A stretch of 64,000 nucleotides of DNA from a virus. The translations under genes and the position numbers were made by a program. Below, in pieces: positions 37,197-46,790 of the stretch. Each line of letters opens with the position of its first letter. The first letter of the stretch is position 1. A model generated the notes under the pieces. That model had not been told where the DNA came from. It searched no databases and saw only the letters and a list, made by a program, of their open reading frames with translations. The DNA is taken from the IMG/VR virus record IMGVR_UViG_3300003773_000042, one strand, 5' to 3'.

Positions 37197-37567
37197 GGCT
37201 TTTCCTGAGTTGTGGCGCAACTGGCCCGCTTAGCTGCACCGTCAAGAAAAGTATTCGTTGTCCGGTAAGTAGTTTGGTCGATGCTGTTAGGCTTCGCCAT
37301 GCGGGCGGCGCGGGCTCGAAGACCGCAGGCGGAGAATACTGAAATTGACAGCCAATTTCAAGTTTTTTACTCCACCTTGATAAACCTTTTCATTAACAGG
37401 CAAAATGTTGCCTGTTAATGCTGTTCGTCGACCAGGAACGGTGGCCAGACAGTGCTGCAGCTGCTGTGTGCCGCGCGACTTAAGGTAAACAAAGGTCCGT
37501 AGCGGTAACGAGTGCAAAAGAAAAGCGCCACAATTGTGGCGCTTTTTCTATTCAGAAGGCTAATATT

Positions 37568-38137
37568 CTAGGCATTCTGCTTGGCCAGTTCTTCGGCCAG
37601 AAGCGCGCGCACGCGGTCCAGCTCCTCCGGAGCATGTGGCGTTCCGCCAGCGTTCAGGTCCAGGTAATACTGCAGCAGTTCGACCCGGGTCTGGAACGAG
37701 TGCATCGCAATGCGGATGTTGTAGCGCCGCGCGTCGAATGGTGTTTTCTCAAGCTCAGCCGCGTACCGGCCGAATGCCTTGATTTCTCCAGCAACGTAGC
37801 GGCGAAGGGCAGTTAGGCGCTGCAAGCCGTCGACACACTGCATAGTGCGAGGCAGGTCACCAACTTTGGTCGATTGCTCCAGGGACGGGCAGTTGAACTG
37901 GATGAGCAAGCCGGCGGTTGTGATGGCGCCGCGGATAACGGACTCCACAAAGTGCTCTTGCTGTTCCTGCGTCCACTTGTGCCCGCGCTGGAAGTCCGGC
38001 ACCAATTCCAGGCCGTACTCCTGTTCGTAGATACCCAGCTCAGTTTCGATGTACGTGAGGAAGCAGTCGACTTCGTGCTTCGCGCGCGGCATAGGGCGAA
38101 TCTGTTTGGTCAGCTCTTCAAGTTCGGCGGGGGACAT
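37568..38137 (-). CDS. Standalone DUF262 (ParB/GmrSD N-terminal-like) protein
   Basis: VPDFQRGHKW...FVESVIRG...VDGLQRLTAL. Confidence 0.8.
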   Translation of the reverse strand: MSPAELEELTKQIRPMPRAKHEVDCFLTYIETELGIYEQEYGLELVPDFQRGHKWTQEQQEHFVESVIRGAITTAGLLIQFNCPSLEQSTKVGDLPRTMQCVDGLQRLTALRRYVAGEIKAFGRYAAELEKTPFDARRYNIRIAMHSFQTRVELLQYYLDLNAGGTPHAPEELDRVRALLAEELAKQNA

Positions 38138-38420
38138 GCTTTGCTCTTTCAGACGAGTAGTATGCGAATAACTGCAAGTTTGCCAACGCATTATAGCATT
38201 TCAGGCTACTTTCTGCCACTTTTTGCGCCCACTTGCAAAAATTTCTTGCTGCAAAATCACTAACCAATCTAAGGTTGTTTTTGCGATGGCGCGCATAACT
38301 CACTGAAATTCCAGCCCTTTTTCCTAAATTAACACTTGCTGAATGCGCATTGTACGGTATACTATGCACCAATCGAGCGGAGTTCTCTGTTCGAGCCCGT
38401 CCAAAACCATTGAGGTACTC

Positions 38421-39788
38421 ATGAAGAAAACTGAAGCCACTCGCTTCATTACTGAGCTCGCAAGCCATCCGAACCAGCGTCGCGCGGCTGCGGCCATGGG
38501 CCTGGCCCAGAGCACTGTTTCCGGTCGCTACAACAAGGCGCGTGAAGTTCTCGGCGACGCCGAAACCGACAAGCTGATGCATAAAGGCGCCATCGCCCGT
38601 GGCGACGCTGCGCCAGGCTCCATGCCAACCACCCCTGCAGCCGCTGGCGTACGCCGCGCTCCAGTCGCTGAAGCTGTCATCGATGCCATCGAAAACGGCA
38701 ACACCGCCGGAATGGCCAAGCAGATGCTGGAAGAGCAGGTGCGCCGCCTGAAGGCACAGAACAAAACCCTGGCGGAACAGGTGATGACCGATGAGCATGT
38801 GCGCCAACACATCTTCGCCATCGCACACAGCAAGCCGGCTATCCCGGAATGGCTGTCGGTTCCAGCGCGCGGCTCCCACGACTCGATGCCCGGGGTGCCA
38901 ATTCTGTTCGGCTCCGACTGGCACTGGGGTGAGGTCGTTAAGCCATCCGAAATCGGTGGCGTCAACGAGTACAACCTGACCATCGCACGCGAACGCCTGA
39001 CCCGCCTCATCAACACCACCGTGGACCTGCTGACCAACCACATGGTCAATCCGCATTATCCAGGCATCGTGTTCGCCCTCGGCGGCGACATGGTGAGCGG
39101 TGACATTCACGACGAGCTGTCCGAGACCAACGAAATGCCAATCATGCCGATTGTGCTGGACCTGGTCGACCACCTGTACGTTGCCATCAAGCGCCTGAAG
39201 GAAGTCTTCGGCCGCGTCTTCCTGCCTTGCGTCGCCGGCAACCATGGCCGCAATACCCACAAGGTGCGCTCGAAGGAATTCAACTACAACAGCTTCGACT
39301 GGCTGATTTACCAGCAGCTGGACAAGCTGTTCGCCGACGATGCGGATGTCGTGTTCTTCATCCCTGACGGCACCGACGCGCTGGTTTCCATCGCGGGCCA
39401 CAAGTACCTGTTTAGCCACGGGAATCAGTTCCGCGGGGGCGATGGCATGGTGGGCGCGCTGGGCCCAATCATGAGAGGCGACCACAAAAAGCGCGGCCGC
39501 AATGCCCAGGTCGGCCAGGAATACGACACGCTGGTTATCGGCCACTGGCACCAGCTGGTGCAGATGAAGCGCGTCATCGTCAACGGCTCGCTTATTGGCT
39601 ACAACGAGTACGCCTATACCAGCAACTTTGGCTACGAGCCGCCGCAGCAGGCGCTCTGGGTGAGCCACCCTTCGCATGGAATTACGTTCAGCATGCCAGT
39701 GAATGTGGGCGAGGACTTCGGCAAGAAGAACCGTGCCGGCACCGACCAGCCGTGGGTCGCCTTCCACGAAGTGAAGAAAGCCGCATAA
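38421..39788 (+). CDS. HTH plus calcineurin-like metallophosphoesterase
   Basis: SDWHWG, GDMVSGDIH, GNHGR, SHG, GHWH motifs; N-terminal HTH and coiled coil. Confidence 0.9.
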   Translation: MKKTEATRFITELASHPNQRRAAAAMGLAQSTVSGRYNKAREVLGDAETDKLMHKGAIARGDAAPGSMPTTPAAAGVRRAPVAEAVIDAIENGNTAGMAKQMLEEQVRRLKAQNKTLAEQVMTDEHVRQHIFAIAHSKPAIPEWLSVPARGSHDSMPGVPILFGSDWHWGEVVKPSEIGGVNEYNLTIARERLTRLINTTVDLLTNHMVNPHYPGIVFALGGDMVSGDIHDELSETNEMPIMPIVLDLVDHLYVAIKRLKEVFGRVFLPCVAGNHGRNTHKVRSKEFNYNSFDWLIYQQLDKLFADDADVVFFIPDGTDALVSIAGHKYLFSHGNQFRGGDGMVGALGPIMRGDHKKRGRNAQVGQEYDTLVIGHWHQLVQMKRVIVNGSLIGYNEYAYTSNFGYEPPQQALWVSHPSHGITFSMPVNVGEDFGKKNRAGTDQPWVAFHEVKKAA

Positions 39789-39857
39789 AGGGTTCTATTC
39801 AGCCCGCTAAAGGGACGGCAGTGCCGTCCCTTTTCTATTCACCCATACGTAGAAAAC

Positions 39858-40163
39858 ATGACACTGACAAATCAGGCAATCTCGGCAGCAATGCGCGCGT
39901 CACCGACCACGCCGCGTGAGGAAGTAGTCAAGATTCTCACCGCGGCGAAGAGCATGCCCGCCGACCTTCCGGCGTTACCTTGGCACATTAACGAGTCATT
40001 CTCCAGGGGACGCAACCCTGTGGCGCTCGTGTCTCTTGAAGGCTCGAACGGTGAACAGGTCTGCCTCTGGATTGGCCGCGAGAACGAAAATGGTGCCGCG
40101 CTCCGGGAGCGTGCGCAGTTCTTCATGCGGGCAGCTGATGCGTATCTCACGAATAACAGCTGA
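39858..40163 (+). CDS. Hypothetical protein lying between 57-bp direct repeats
   Basis: 101-aa ORF between the phosphoesterase 3' end and its duplicate. Confidence 0.65.
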   Translation: MTLTNQAISAAMRASPTTPREEVVKILTAAKSMPADLPALPWHINESFSRGRNPVALVSLEGSNGEQVCLWIGRENENGAALRERAQFFMRAADAYLTNNS

Positions 40164-40179
40164 AGCCTCCGCGGGGCAG

Positions 40180-40236
40180 CGCGCCGGTGCCGACCATCCG
40201 TGGGTCGCTTTCCACGAAGTGAAGAAGTCCGCTTAA
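40180..40236 (+). repeat. Diverged duplicate of the phosphoesterase 3' end (39732-39788)
   Basis: 49/57 nt identical; encodes RAGADHPWVAFHEVKKSA* versus RAGTDQPWVAFHEVKKAA*. Confidence 0.9.
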
Positions 40237-40351
40237 CAGCACGGTATGGCCATAAAGACGGTGTCTCGAAAGGGCGCCGCCTTTTGTTCTGCTCGACGGA
40301 ACTGACGAAAAGTGCTATAGTATCACCTCAATTTCGATTTCCACGACCTGC

Positions 40352-41392
40352 ATGACCCTAGACGAAGCGCACCAGCTGCTGACATTGATTGCCCGTGTAG
40401 GCAATCAGCGCGCGGCTGCCGTTGAACTGGGATGTTCGCAGTGGTCCGTGTCGAACCGGATGGCTAAAGCACGCTCCCTGCTCGGGGATGAGCAGGTACT
40501 GTCGTTGCTCAATGCGTACGCCCCACAGGGCGATGCTGCCAAACAGCGGGTGAGGCTGGATAACAAGAAGTCGCCGAACTGCCATATTTGCGGCACCGAG
40601 AAAGTTCTGTCCGCTGCGACCGGAAAGCTGGTATGCCGTCCGTGCGCCAACCGTAACAATCAGGCCTACAAGGACCGGGTTCCGGAGCAAATAAAGGCGT
40701 CCGATGCGGCCTATTACGCCGCCAACCGAGAAGCTATCCGACCGAAGCAGCGCGTGTACTATACCGCGAACCGGGAAGCGATTCTCGCAGCACATGCGGC
40801 GCGCCGAGCAGCGAATCCCGACTATGACCGGGCCTACTACCGCGCAAACGCCGAGCACATCAAGGCCGGCGCCCGGGCCTACCGCGCGGCTAACGCGGGC
40901 AAGCTCGCCACCTACTTCCGCATCCTCGACCAGACCCCCGAGCGCCGTGAGCAGAACCGTGCCCGCCTGCGTGCCTGGAAGAGGCTCCACCCCGACCGCG
41001 TCAACGCCGACACCGCCCGCCGGCAGCTCCGCCTGCGCCAGGCCTATCCAACCTGGGCGAGCGACGAGCTCATCGCAGAGGCCTACGCTCTCGCCAAACT
41101 GCGCTCCGCCGTGACCGGCATTCCCTGGGAGGTCGACCACATCGTGCCGCTGAACAGCGACCAGGTCTGCGGCCTGCACTGGGAGGGCAACCTGCAGGTC
41201 ATCCCTGCTATCGCAAACCTCTCCAAGAACAACAACTGGTGGCCGGATATGCCGGGCTCGAGCACGAAATGCGTGCCGTTCGCCGAGCGTCCCTCTGGTT
41301 ACCTAATCCCGCCTGTGGGGCCTCTCCGCGCGTTGGTGCGGCGCCCGCCGGCCAACCAGGACGCCACGCAGCCCGACCTGGCGGCAGCCTAA
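40352..41392 (+). CDS. HNH endonuclease (phage homing-type) with N-terminal HTH
   Basis: WEVDHIVPL..DQVCGLHWEGNLQVI...NLSKNN; CxxC-CxxC; AYY.ANRE-type repeats. Confidence 0.9.
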   Translation: MTLDEAHQLLTLIARVGNQRAAAVELGCSQWSVSNRMAKARSLLGDEQVLSLLNAYAPQGDAAKQRVRLDNKKSPNCHICGTEKVLSAATGKLVCRPCANRNNQAYKDRVPEQIKASDAAYYAANREAIRPKQRVYYTANREAILAAHAARRAANPDYDRAYYRANAEHIKAGARAYRAANAGKLATYFRILDQTPERREQNRARLRAWKRLHPDRVNADTARRQLRLRQAYPTWASDELIAEAYALAKLRSAVTGIPWEVDHIVPLNSDQVCGLHWEGNLQVIPAIANLSKNNNWWPDMPGSSTKCVPFAERPSGYLIPPVGPLRALVRRPPANQDATQPDLAAA

Positions 41393-41414
41393 CAACTCAA
41401 TCCGGAGCCCAAAC

Positions 41415-41756
41415 ATGCGCACCATCGCACTAGTCCTCAACGATAACGATTACGGCAACACGTTCCGTCCGCTGCTCGAATCCATCGCGCGCGCCATTGC
41501 GCACAACGGCGAGATGTCGCCTGATGGCGTTCGCGCGGCGGTTGCCGCAGGCATCGAATTTCACTACGTTGCCTTCCAGTGCGCCGGCCGCAATGATGAG
41601 CCTGGCCAGGTTCCGATGGATGCCGTGCTGCACCATCTGCGCGACGTTCGCGTTCTCTTCGACGAAGAAGCAGAAGCGGACATCTGCGCGCCAGGCGGTC
41701 ATGACGGCGGTGCCTGGTACCTCGAGCTCGGAAGCGGGAATATCACCGCGTACTAA
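41415..41756 (+). CDS. Hypothetical protein
   Basis: GGAG RBS, 113-aa ORF. Confidence 0.7.
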   Translation: MRTIALVLNDNDYGNTFRPLLESIARAIAHNGEMSPDGVRAAVAAGIEFHYVAFQCAGRNDEPGQVPMDAVLHHLRDVRVLFDEEAEADICAPGGHDGGAWYLELGSGNITAY

Positions 41757-41849
41757 GTGATGACGCCCGACCAGCTGGTTGGCCAAGCTGACCGTGAAGA
41801 AAAAGCAGCCCGTAGGCTGCTTTGAGTTTGAAGTCCATTACTTATGGTT

Positions 41850-42224
41850 TTAGCCCTTGTTCGTCAACCGACGAACAATCTCTTCGTGTGACAGGCCGTC
41901 CATGAGTTCCTCGATTTCGGTTTCTTCGCGTTCACGGCGAGCCATAGCTTCGAGCTCGCGTTTGTCGCGTTCTTTTCGCCAGGCCACTATAGCCTTTGCG
42001 CCTTTCTCCGTTTTGCTGGCGTCAACGGACAGGTACAGCGTAACTTCGCGCCCTTCTCGGTCAACAAAAACGGCGGTCCCGCTGTCCTTCACGAGGACTT
42101 CAAAATGAGAGTTTACGAGGCGATTGACGGTATCTTGGTCAATCGTTCCGCCGAAGGACCCTCCAACAACCTTGTGGGTGTTGTCGCTATAGAGTCGGGT
42201 GTGATAGCCAATGTTTTTTGACAT
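41850..42224 (-). CDS. Hypothetical protein
   Basis: Minus-strand CTATACG at 42258-42263, GAGGA RBS. Confidence 0.7.
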   Translation of the reverse strand: MSKNIGYHTRLYSDNTHKVVGGSFGGTIDQDTVNRLVNSHFEVLVKDSGTAVFVDREGREVTLYLSVDASKTEKGAKAIVAWRKERDKRELEAMARREREETEIEELMDGLSHEEIVRRLTNKG

Positions 42225-42465
42225 GATTTTTCCTCAAAGGTAGTTTATTCCAGTTACGTATAGACTACCTGAGCTTCAAGATGAAGGCCGACACCTGGGC
42301 TTGGCTTGGTCAAGTGCACCACCTGGCGGTCGCACATGCCATGCGCGCCAGCGCACCTGGTTGCGGTTTCCCAGGGACTGGCGATATATTTGAAACCATC
42401 ACGCTGGAGTAGCATCTGAGCGCTAAGCCAGCAAACCATCAACGCGCTAAGAGTGCCATAAATCT

Positions 42466-42897
42466 ATGAATATCATCGCAAATTCCGAAAAACCGATTGC
42501 TGGCTGCATGCTCCTGGACTGTTCGCCCAACGGCACTGGCCTAGCTCACGCTAAAGCCAGAACGTACTTGCGCGGGGGCGACCAAGAAATCTACAAGGTG
42601 GACTTCACCGCGACAACAGACTCCAAGTCGCTCAGTATGCTCAGCGGCGCGGCCTCTCTGTTCGCCGAAGGCGAGGCTGCTGCCGGCCAGGATTCGCCGG
42701 TACCGGCTATCAGCATGGATGACATCGTTCGGAATGGCGACATTCTCTACGTAAGGCTGCCGGCGGATTCCCAGCTCGCGAGCGAAATTGCGCAAGTTCT
42801 TTCGTCAGAACTGGATAATTTGCTGGCGCGATTACGCGGGACACCTGGCGGTGAAGATTTGGCCCGAAACTTCGAGGTCCTCGAGTGGTTAAACTGA
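42466..42897 (+). CDS. Hypothetical protein
   Basis: 143-aa ORF; family not recognised. Confidence 0.6.
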   Translation: MNIIANSEKPIAGCMLLDCSPNGTGLAHAKARTYLRGGDQEIYKVDFTATTDSKSLSMLSGAASLFAEGEAAAGQDSPVPAISMDDIVRNGDILYVRLPADSQLASEIAQVLSSELDNLLARLRGTPGGEDLARNFEVLEWLN

Positions 42898-43059
42898 GTT
42901 GGTAAGCTGGCGGTGGTCTGACATCACGCCAGTTTTACTCTGTTAGCGCCGAACACCTTGAAAATTGCTAGTAAAGCTTTGATTTCGCTCGTTTGGCGCC
43001 GGCTGCGACATGGAAAAACGCCCCCACAGCGGATACTGCAGGGGCGTAAAGTGTGAGGC

Positions 43060-43479
43060 TCAGAAAATCATCTCATGTGCCGCGCCACGTCGCTGCGCGC
43101 TAGCACGGCTTTCTGCGAGTAGTTCATCGCTCCAGTTAACCATTCCCGTGACTTTGCACAGCTTAATAGGTGCGCTGGCGCCGCAGATGCCGGTCAACGA
43201 GAGATGAGTTGCTTCTTCGCGCAAGCAAAACTGCATGCGCTTCTTCTTACCATCGCTCGCATCGCGCACTTCCTGACAGGCTTCGTACAGGATTTCTCCC
43301 AGGAAGTCATCGGGGTCCAGCTGCGGCGGAGGTGCTGCGCGTAGCCAGGAGGAGACGCGATAGAGGCCAGGCCCCGTATTGAAGCCGTTCCGTCCATATT
43401 CGACCAGGGCACCAACGTCAGGTGCTAGCGGGGTGACTGCTGCAGCGGGCTGCGGGTTAGGAGTTGGAGATTCAGGCAT
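43060..43479 (-). CDS. Hypothetical protein
   Basis: Minus-strand CTATATCGAGCATAGGTC variant at about 43504-43521, AAGGA RBS. Confidence 0.7.
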   Translation of the reverse strand: MPESPTPNPQPAAAVTPLAPDVGALVEYGRNGFNTGPGLYRVSSWLRAAPPPQLDPDDFLGEILYEACQEVRDASDGKKKRMQFCLREEATHLSLTGICGASAPIKLCKVTGMVNWSDELLAESRASAQRRGAAHEMIF

Positions 43480-43556
43480 TGTGTGTCCTTTCGTAGAAAT
43501 AATGACCTATGCTCGATATAGGTGCCTGGCGCCGGCGCCAGCTGACCGGTCAGCCA

Positions 43557-43817
43557 TCACTCTGTCGGGCATGCCCGGCGTGCCAGCGCTACCGCTTCCC
43601 CGCGCCCATGTCCCTTCGTCAGGTAGCTCTCGATGCGCACGCGTTCGAACGCCAGCCGGGTATCCCGTAGTGCTTGGAACACCTTGCATGCTCGCTTATG
43701 GCTGCTCCACCCTCCATTTCCGCGGCATCGCGTCCCGCAATCGCAGGTGATGACCCGGCCCGAATGCTTCTGCGCGGCCGCGCGCAGACTATCGCTCACT
43801 ATGTTTGGCTTTCCCAT
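43557..43817 (-). CDS. Small Cys/His Zn-finger-like protein
   Basis: CDCG...H..AC; AAGGAGG RBS. Confidence 0.55.
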   Translation of the reverse strand: MGKPNIVSDSLRAAAQKHSGRVITCDCGTRCRGNGGWSSHKRACKVFQALRDTRLAFERVRIESYLTKGHGRGEAVALARRACPTE

Positions 43818-44078
43818 TCTCACCCTCCTTGCCCTATAGTCTGGGGCTGGGACAGTACTTGGTGCGGGTTACGAACGCCACGCCTTCGGGCATGCGTGAG
43901 TGACACTTTTAGGACTGATGGTGCACGAGACGTTGAGGGAAGCAATTTTTGCGGTTAGAATGCTCGCAGCGGGGTTGTCGACCTCGTGCAGAGGAGTTTT
44001 CCCCTTTGCGTCGTTCTCCGAACTCGACACCAAAGTCCTGGTTTTTAACCAGTTGGATAGTTACATTCGGAGAATAGT

Positions 44079-45488
44079 ATGAAGCTCTGTTTTAATTCCA
44101 TGGTCCGTCCAAAGAGAGGCGCGAAGGCGCTCGTGGCCATCGTCCCCCATTTGCAGTTGGCAAAGGCTCAGGAAGCGATTGCTTATCTTTGCGGTTACGA
44201 CTCCTGGATTGCGTTGAAAGAAGCGTGTGAGGACCCTGGAGCTGTTCCCTGCTTGGATGATGCTGACCTTTCTAGTGAGCAACTGGCATCACGGCAGAGT
44301 GACCTTATCAAGCGGGTCAAAGACGTTTTCGGAGGTTCGAGAGCACAAGCCCTGCGAATTCTGGATGCAGCATCGTTGACGAAGCCTTCAAGTGGTCGGC
44401 CAGCATTTGAGTCAAGTAATCCCATCGTCGGCACGAATATCTACATGCCGCCCTACGGTTTGATTTTTGGGCCAGACTATCCCTTCCTGTTTCTCTTACT
44501 TCACGACGTTCGAAGCCTTGAGATAGACTTCATACAGCCTGGTGACGAACCATTGCTTACGCAACTGGCGTCACACATGCGCGTGACCTTCAAGACTGGT
44601 AAGTCGATTGGGATTGAAGGTGAGTTTCTGTGGAAATTTCTTGATTTGATTCCACCTGCATTTAGGGACTCGGAAGGCGAGTTGAGAACGGATAACCCGT
44701 TCACGGGCAAGGAGTCCGTCGAAGGCCTCTTAGCTCGATTGCGCCGGGCTTATGAGTTGCTGTGGAAGCGAGCTAAGGATGGCGAGTATCTGGAAATCTT
44801 AGAGCCTCCCTTGAGCATTTCCATTAATTTCGAAAACGGGTACGTTTCAACAAGTGCGGCGCCAGGGCTGCAGGCGACAACTCGCACGGCCTTGGTTGAA
44901 TATCTCAAACCTCGAATTGCTGAACTTGTTGAGGCAGTACAACCTACACTTGATGCTTTTATGCGGACTTACTTGAGCATTGGCTACATGGAGTTGAGCT
45001 ATCGCAAGGTCAATAGCACCTCTGTTAGTCCTGAATACACGCCGGCATCTTGGGAAGGGAAAGAAGGGCTGTCTTTTGATGAGTTCCTATCAATGTTCAG
45101 CGTCACGCCATTTAGTGAAAGTGGGTGTGGGGGAAATCTAAGGTATCGAGAAAAGCTTGCGCGCGACCTGGACCCATCTATCTCCCCGGACGTAATACTG
45201 GCCACCGGAATAGCACAGCTAAAAAAGGAAAAACCTGACCTATTCGCTGTCATCTGCGAAGAACTTGGATTCAACAAGCGAACTGCGGGTAAGACCGTTG
45301 TTGAAGGTTTGTTGTCAACAAAAGAAGCTATTGAACTTCGCAGCGCAATCTTGCGCAAAGTGTTCAAGGCCCAAAAAGGTAAAGCACTATCGACCTGGGG
45401 CGTTGAGTTATCGTCCCGTAAGCCACGGCCGGTAGTTCGGTCATCGCGCTATGACGTGCCAAAGTCGGAGGGAAAGCAAAATGTCTAA
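44079..45488 (+). CDS. Hypothetical protein (469 aa), AT-richer than the flanks
   Basis: Long ORF; N-terminal RPKRGAKAL...LAKAQEAIAYLCGYDSWIAL domain; codon usage visibly different. Confidence 0.75.
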   Translation: MKLCFNSMVRPKRGAKALVAIVPHLQLAKAQEAIAYLCGYDSWIALKEACEDPGAVPCLDDADLSSEQLASRQSDLIKRVKDVFGGSRAQALRILDAASLTKPSSGRPAFESSNPIVGTNIYMPPYGLIFGPDYPFLFLLLHDVRSLEIDFIQPGDEPLLTQLASHMRVTFKTGKSIGIEGEFLWKFLDLIPPAFRDSEGELRTDNPFTGKESVEGLLARLRRAYELLWKRAKDGEYLEILEPPLSISINFENGYVSTSAAPGLQATTRTALVEYLKPRIAELVEAVQPTLDAFMRTYLSIGYMELSYRKVNSTSVSPEYTPASWEGKEGLSFDEFLSMFSVTPFSESGCGGNLRYREKLARDLDPSISPDVILATGIAQLKKEKPDLFAVICEELGFNKRTAGKTVVEGLLSTKEAIELRSAILRKVFKAQKGKALSTWGVELSSRKPRPVVRSSRYDVPKSEGKQNV

Positions 45489-46599
45489 GCTCGCACCGAA
45501 GCAGACTAGGTTGAGCCTAGCACTGACCGACCCGCGGGAGTATGGGCTTGAAGTGGCGGATGGTGGCTTAGCGAAGCTGCTTTATGACGCGTATGCCAGG
45601 GGGCGCGGATATCCCATGCACTTTGGGGACCAGATGGCTCTTGACGAAGCCATACGGTATAGCCTTGCGACACGTGAGGATGCTCCTCTATACCGGGCGC
45701 TTTCTGCAGCACATGACGATGACGCGTATGCGACAACGATAGCAGCAATCACTCATTCAAGTTGTCGTCGTGTTTTGGGTAATGCCGTCCACGTCATGTT
45801 CGCCGTGCCGATTACGCTCCATTGTGTGACCTGGCCTGTAGCTGCTGAGCGCGCCTCCGAAGATTGGCTGGATTTCCCTCGGATTTCGGAAGCGATTGGC
45901 TTACCAAGCATCACTGGTGGCATAAAGGACCTTGCTGTGTTACCCCACCTGTTCACCCTTGAGGCACTGAATAAGCTTCCCTGGTCGACTTGGTATTCGC
46001 TTACAGAGCATATGCCAAGCGCGCCGGCAAAAGTGTTGACAGGATTACCTACTCCGTCCCCATTTGAACCCCCAACGGCTGACAATCGTGCACAGAGTCG
46101 CATTATTATTGGTGGATTCTCTTGCAGTGGCCAGGTGGCTGAACGTTTCCAGCGAAACACTGTTTTGAATCAAGCTGAAAATGCGCACGTGCTCACCACC
46201 GTTCTACAAGGCCAGCTTGGGACTTCGCAAGGGCTAAGAGTTATAGCTGGGACGCCGTCCATTGCACTGGCTGCAATTTCAGAAGCCCAGCACATGCTTA
46301 ACTGCGCTAGACTGCGTTGCTTTCTTGATGAGGTTGGCTGCTCTCTTGAAGAGCTCGTAACCTTGGAGGCTGAGACCGTCAAACGTGCGGATGGCGAGGG
46401 CAGTGTTCGTTTCAAGACAAGCATCCGTTCATGCGAATGGGTATTACAGAAAGCCGAGCCTTGGTATAGCCAGAGGCGGCATTGGAAACTGTTTACTTCC
46501 GACTTGGCGGCACCGTATCTCAAAGTTCAGCTTGGACTGACCGAAAATCACTTTGACCCGCGTGAATTGCTCGACGACCTTGACGAAATGTTAGGTTGA
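45481..46599 (+). CDS. Hypothetical protein (372 aa), coupled to the upstream gene
   Basis: 8-bp overlap with the upstream ORF; terminator-like hairpin at about 46645-46680. Confidence 0.75.
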   Translation: MSKLAPKQTRLSLALTDPREYGLEVADGGLAKLLYDAYARGRGYPMHFGDQMALDEAIRYSLATREDAPLYRALSAAHDDDAYATTIAAITHSSCRRVLGNAVHVMFAVPITLHCVTWPVAAERASEDWLDFPRISEAIGLPSITGGIKDLAVLPHLFTLEALNKLPWSTWYSLTEHMPSAPAKVLTGLPTPSPFEPPTADNRAQSRIIIGGFSCSGQVAERFQRNTVLNQAENAHVLTTVLQGQLGTSQGLRVIAGTPSIALAAISEAQHMLNCARLRCFLDEVGCSLEELVTLEAETVKRADGEGSVRFKTSIRSCEWVLQKAEPWYSQRRHWKLFTSDLAAPYLKVQLGLTENHFDPRELLDDLDEMLG

Positions 46600-46790
46600 C
46601 CTCCATCCTCTCGGACTAGTGTCAAGCTATCCTCTCATCTTAACGGAACCTCCCCAGCGGCTGCTCGGGAGGTTTTTTCTTCCCAGCAGACTGGTAGCAG
46701 AATCGGTTTGGTAACCTCATTACTGAGGGGTGCTATGCTGTTCCCTGTGAATGGGCAAGCCACAAACGTTTAACCCACTGGAGCAATAAC

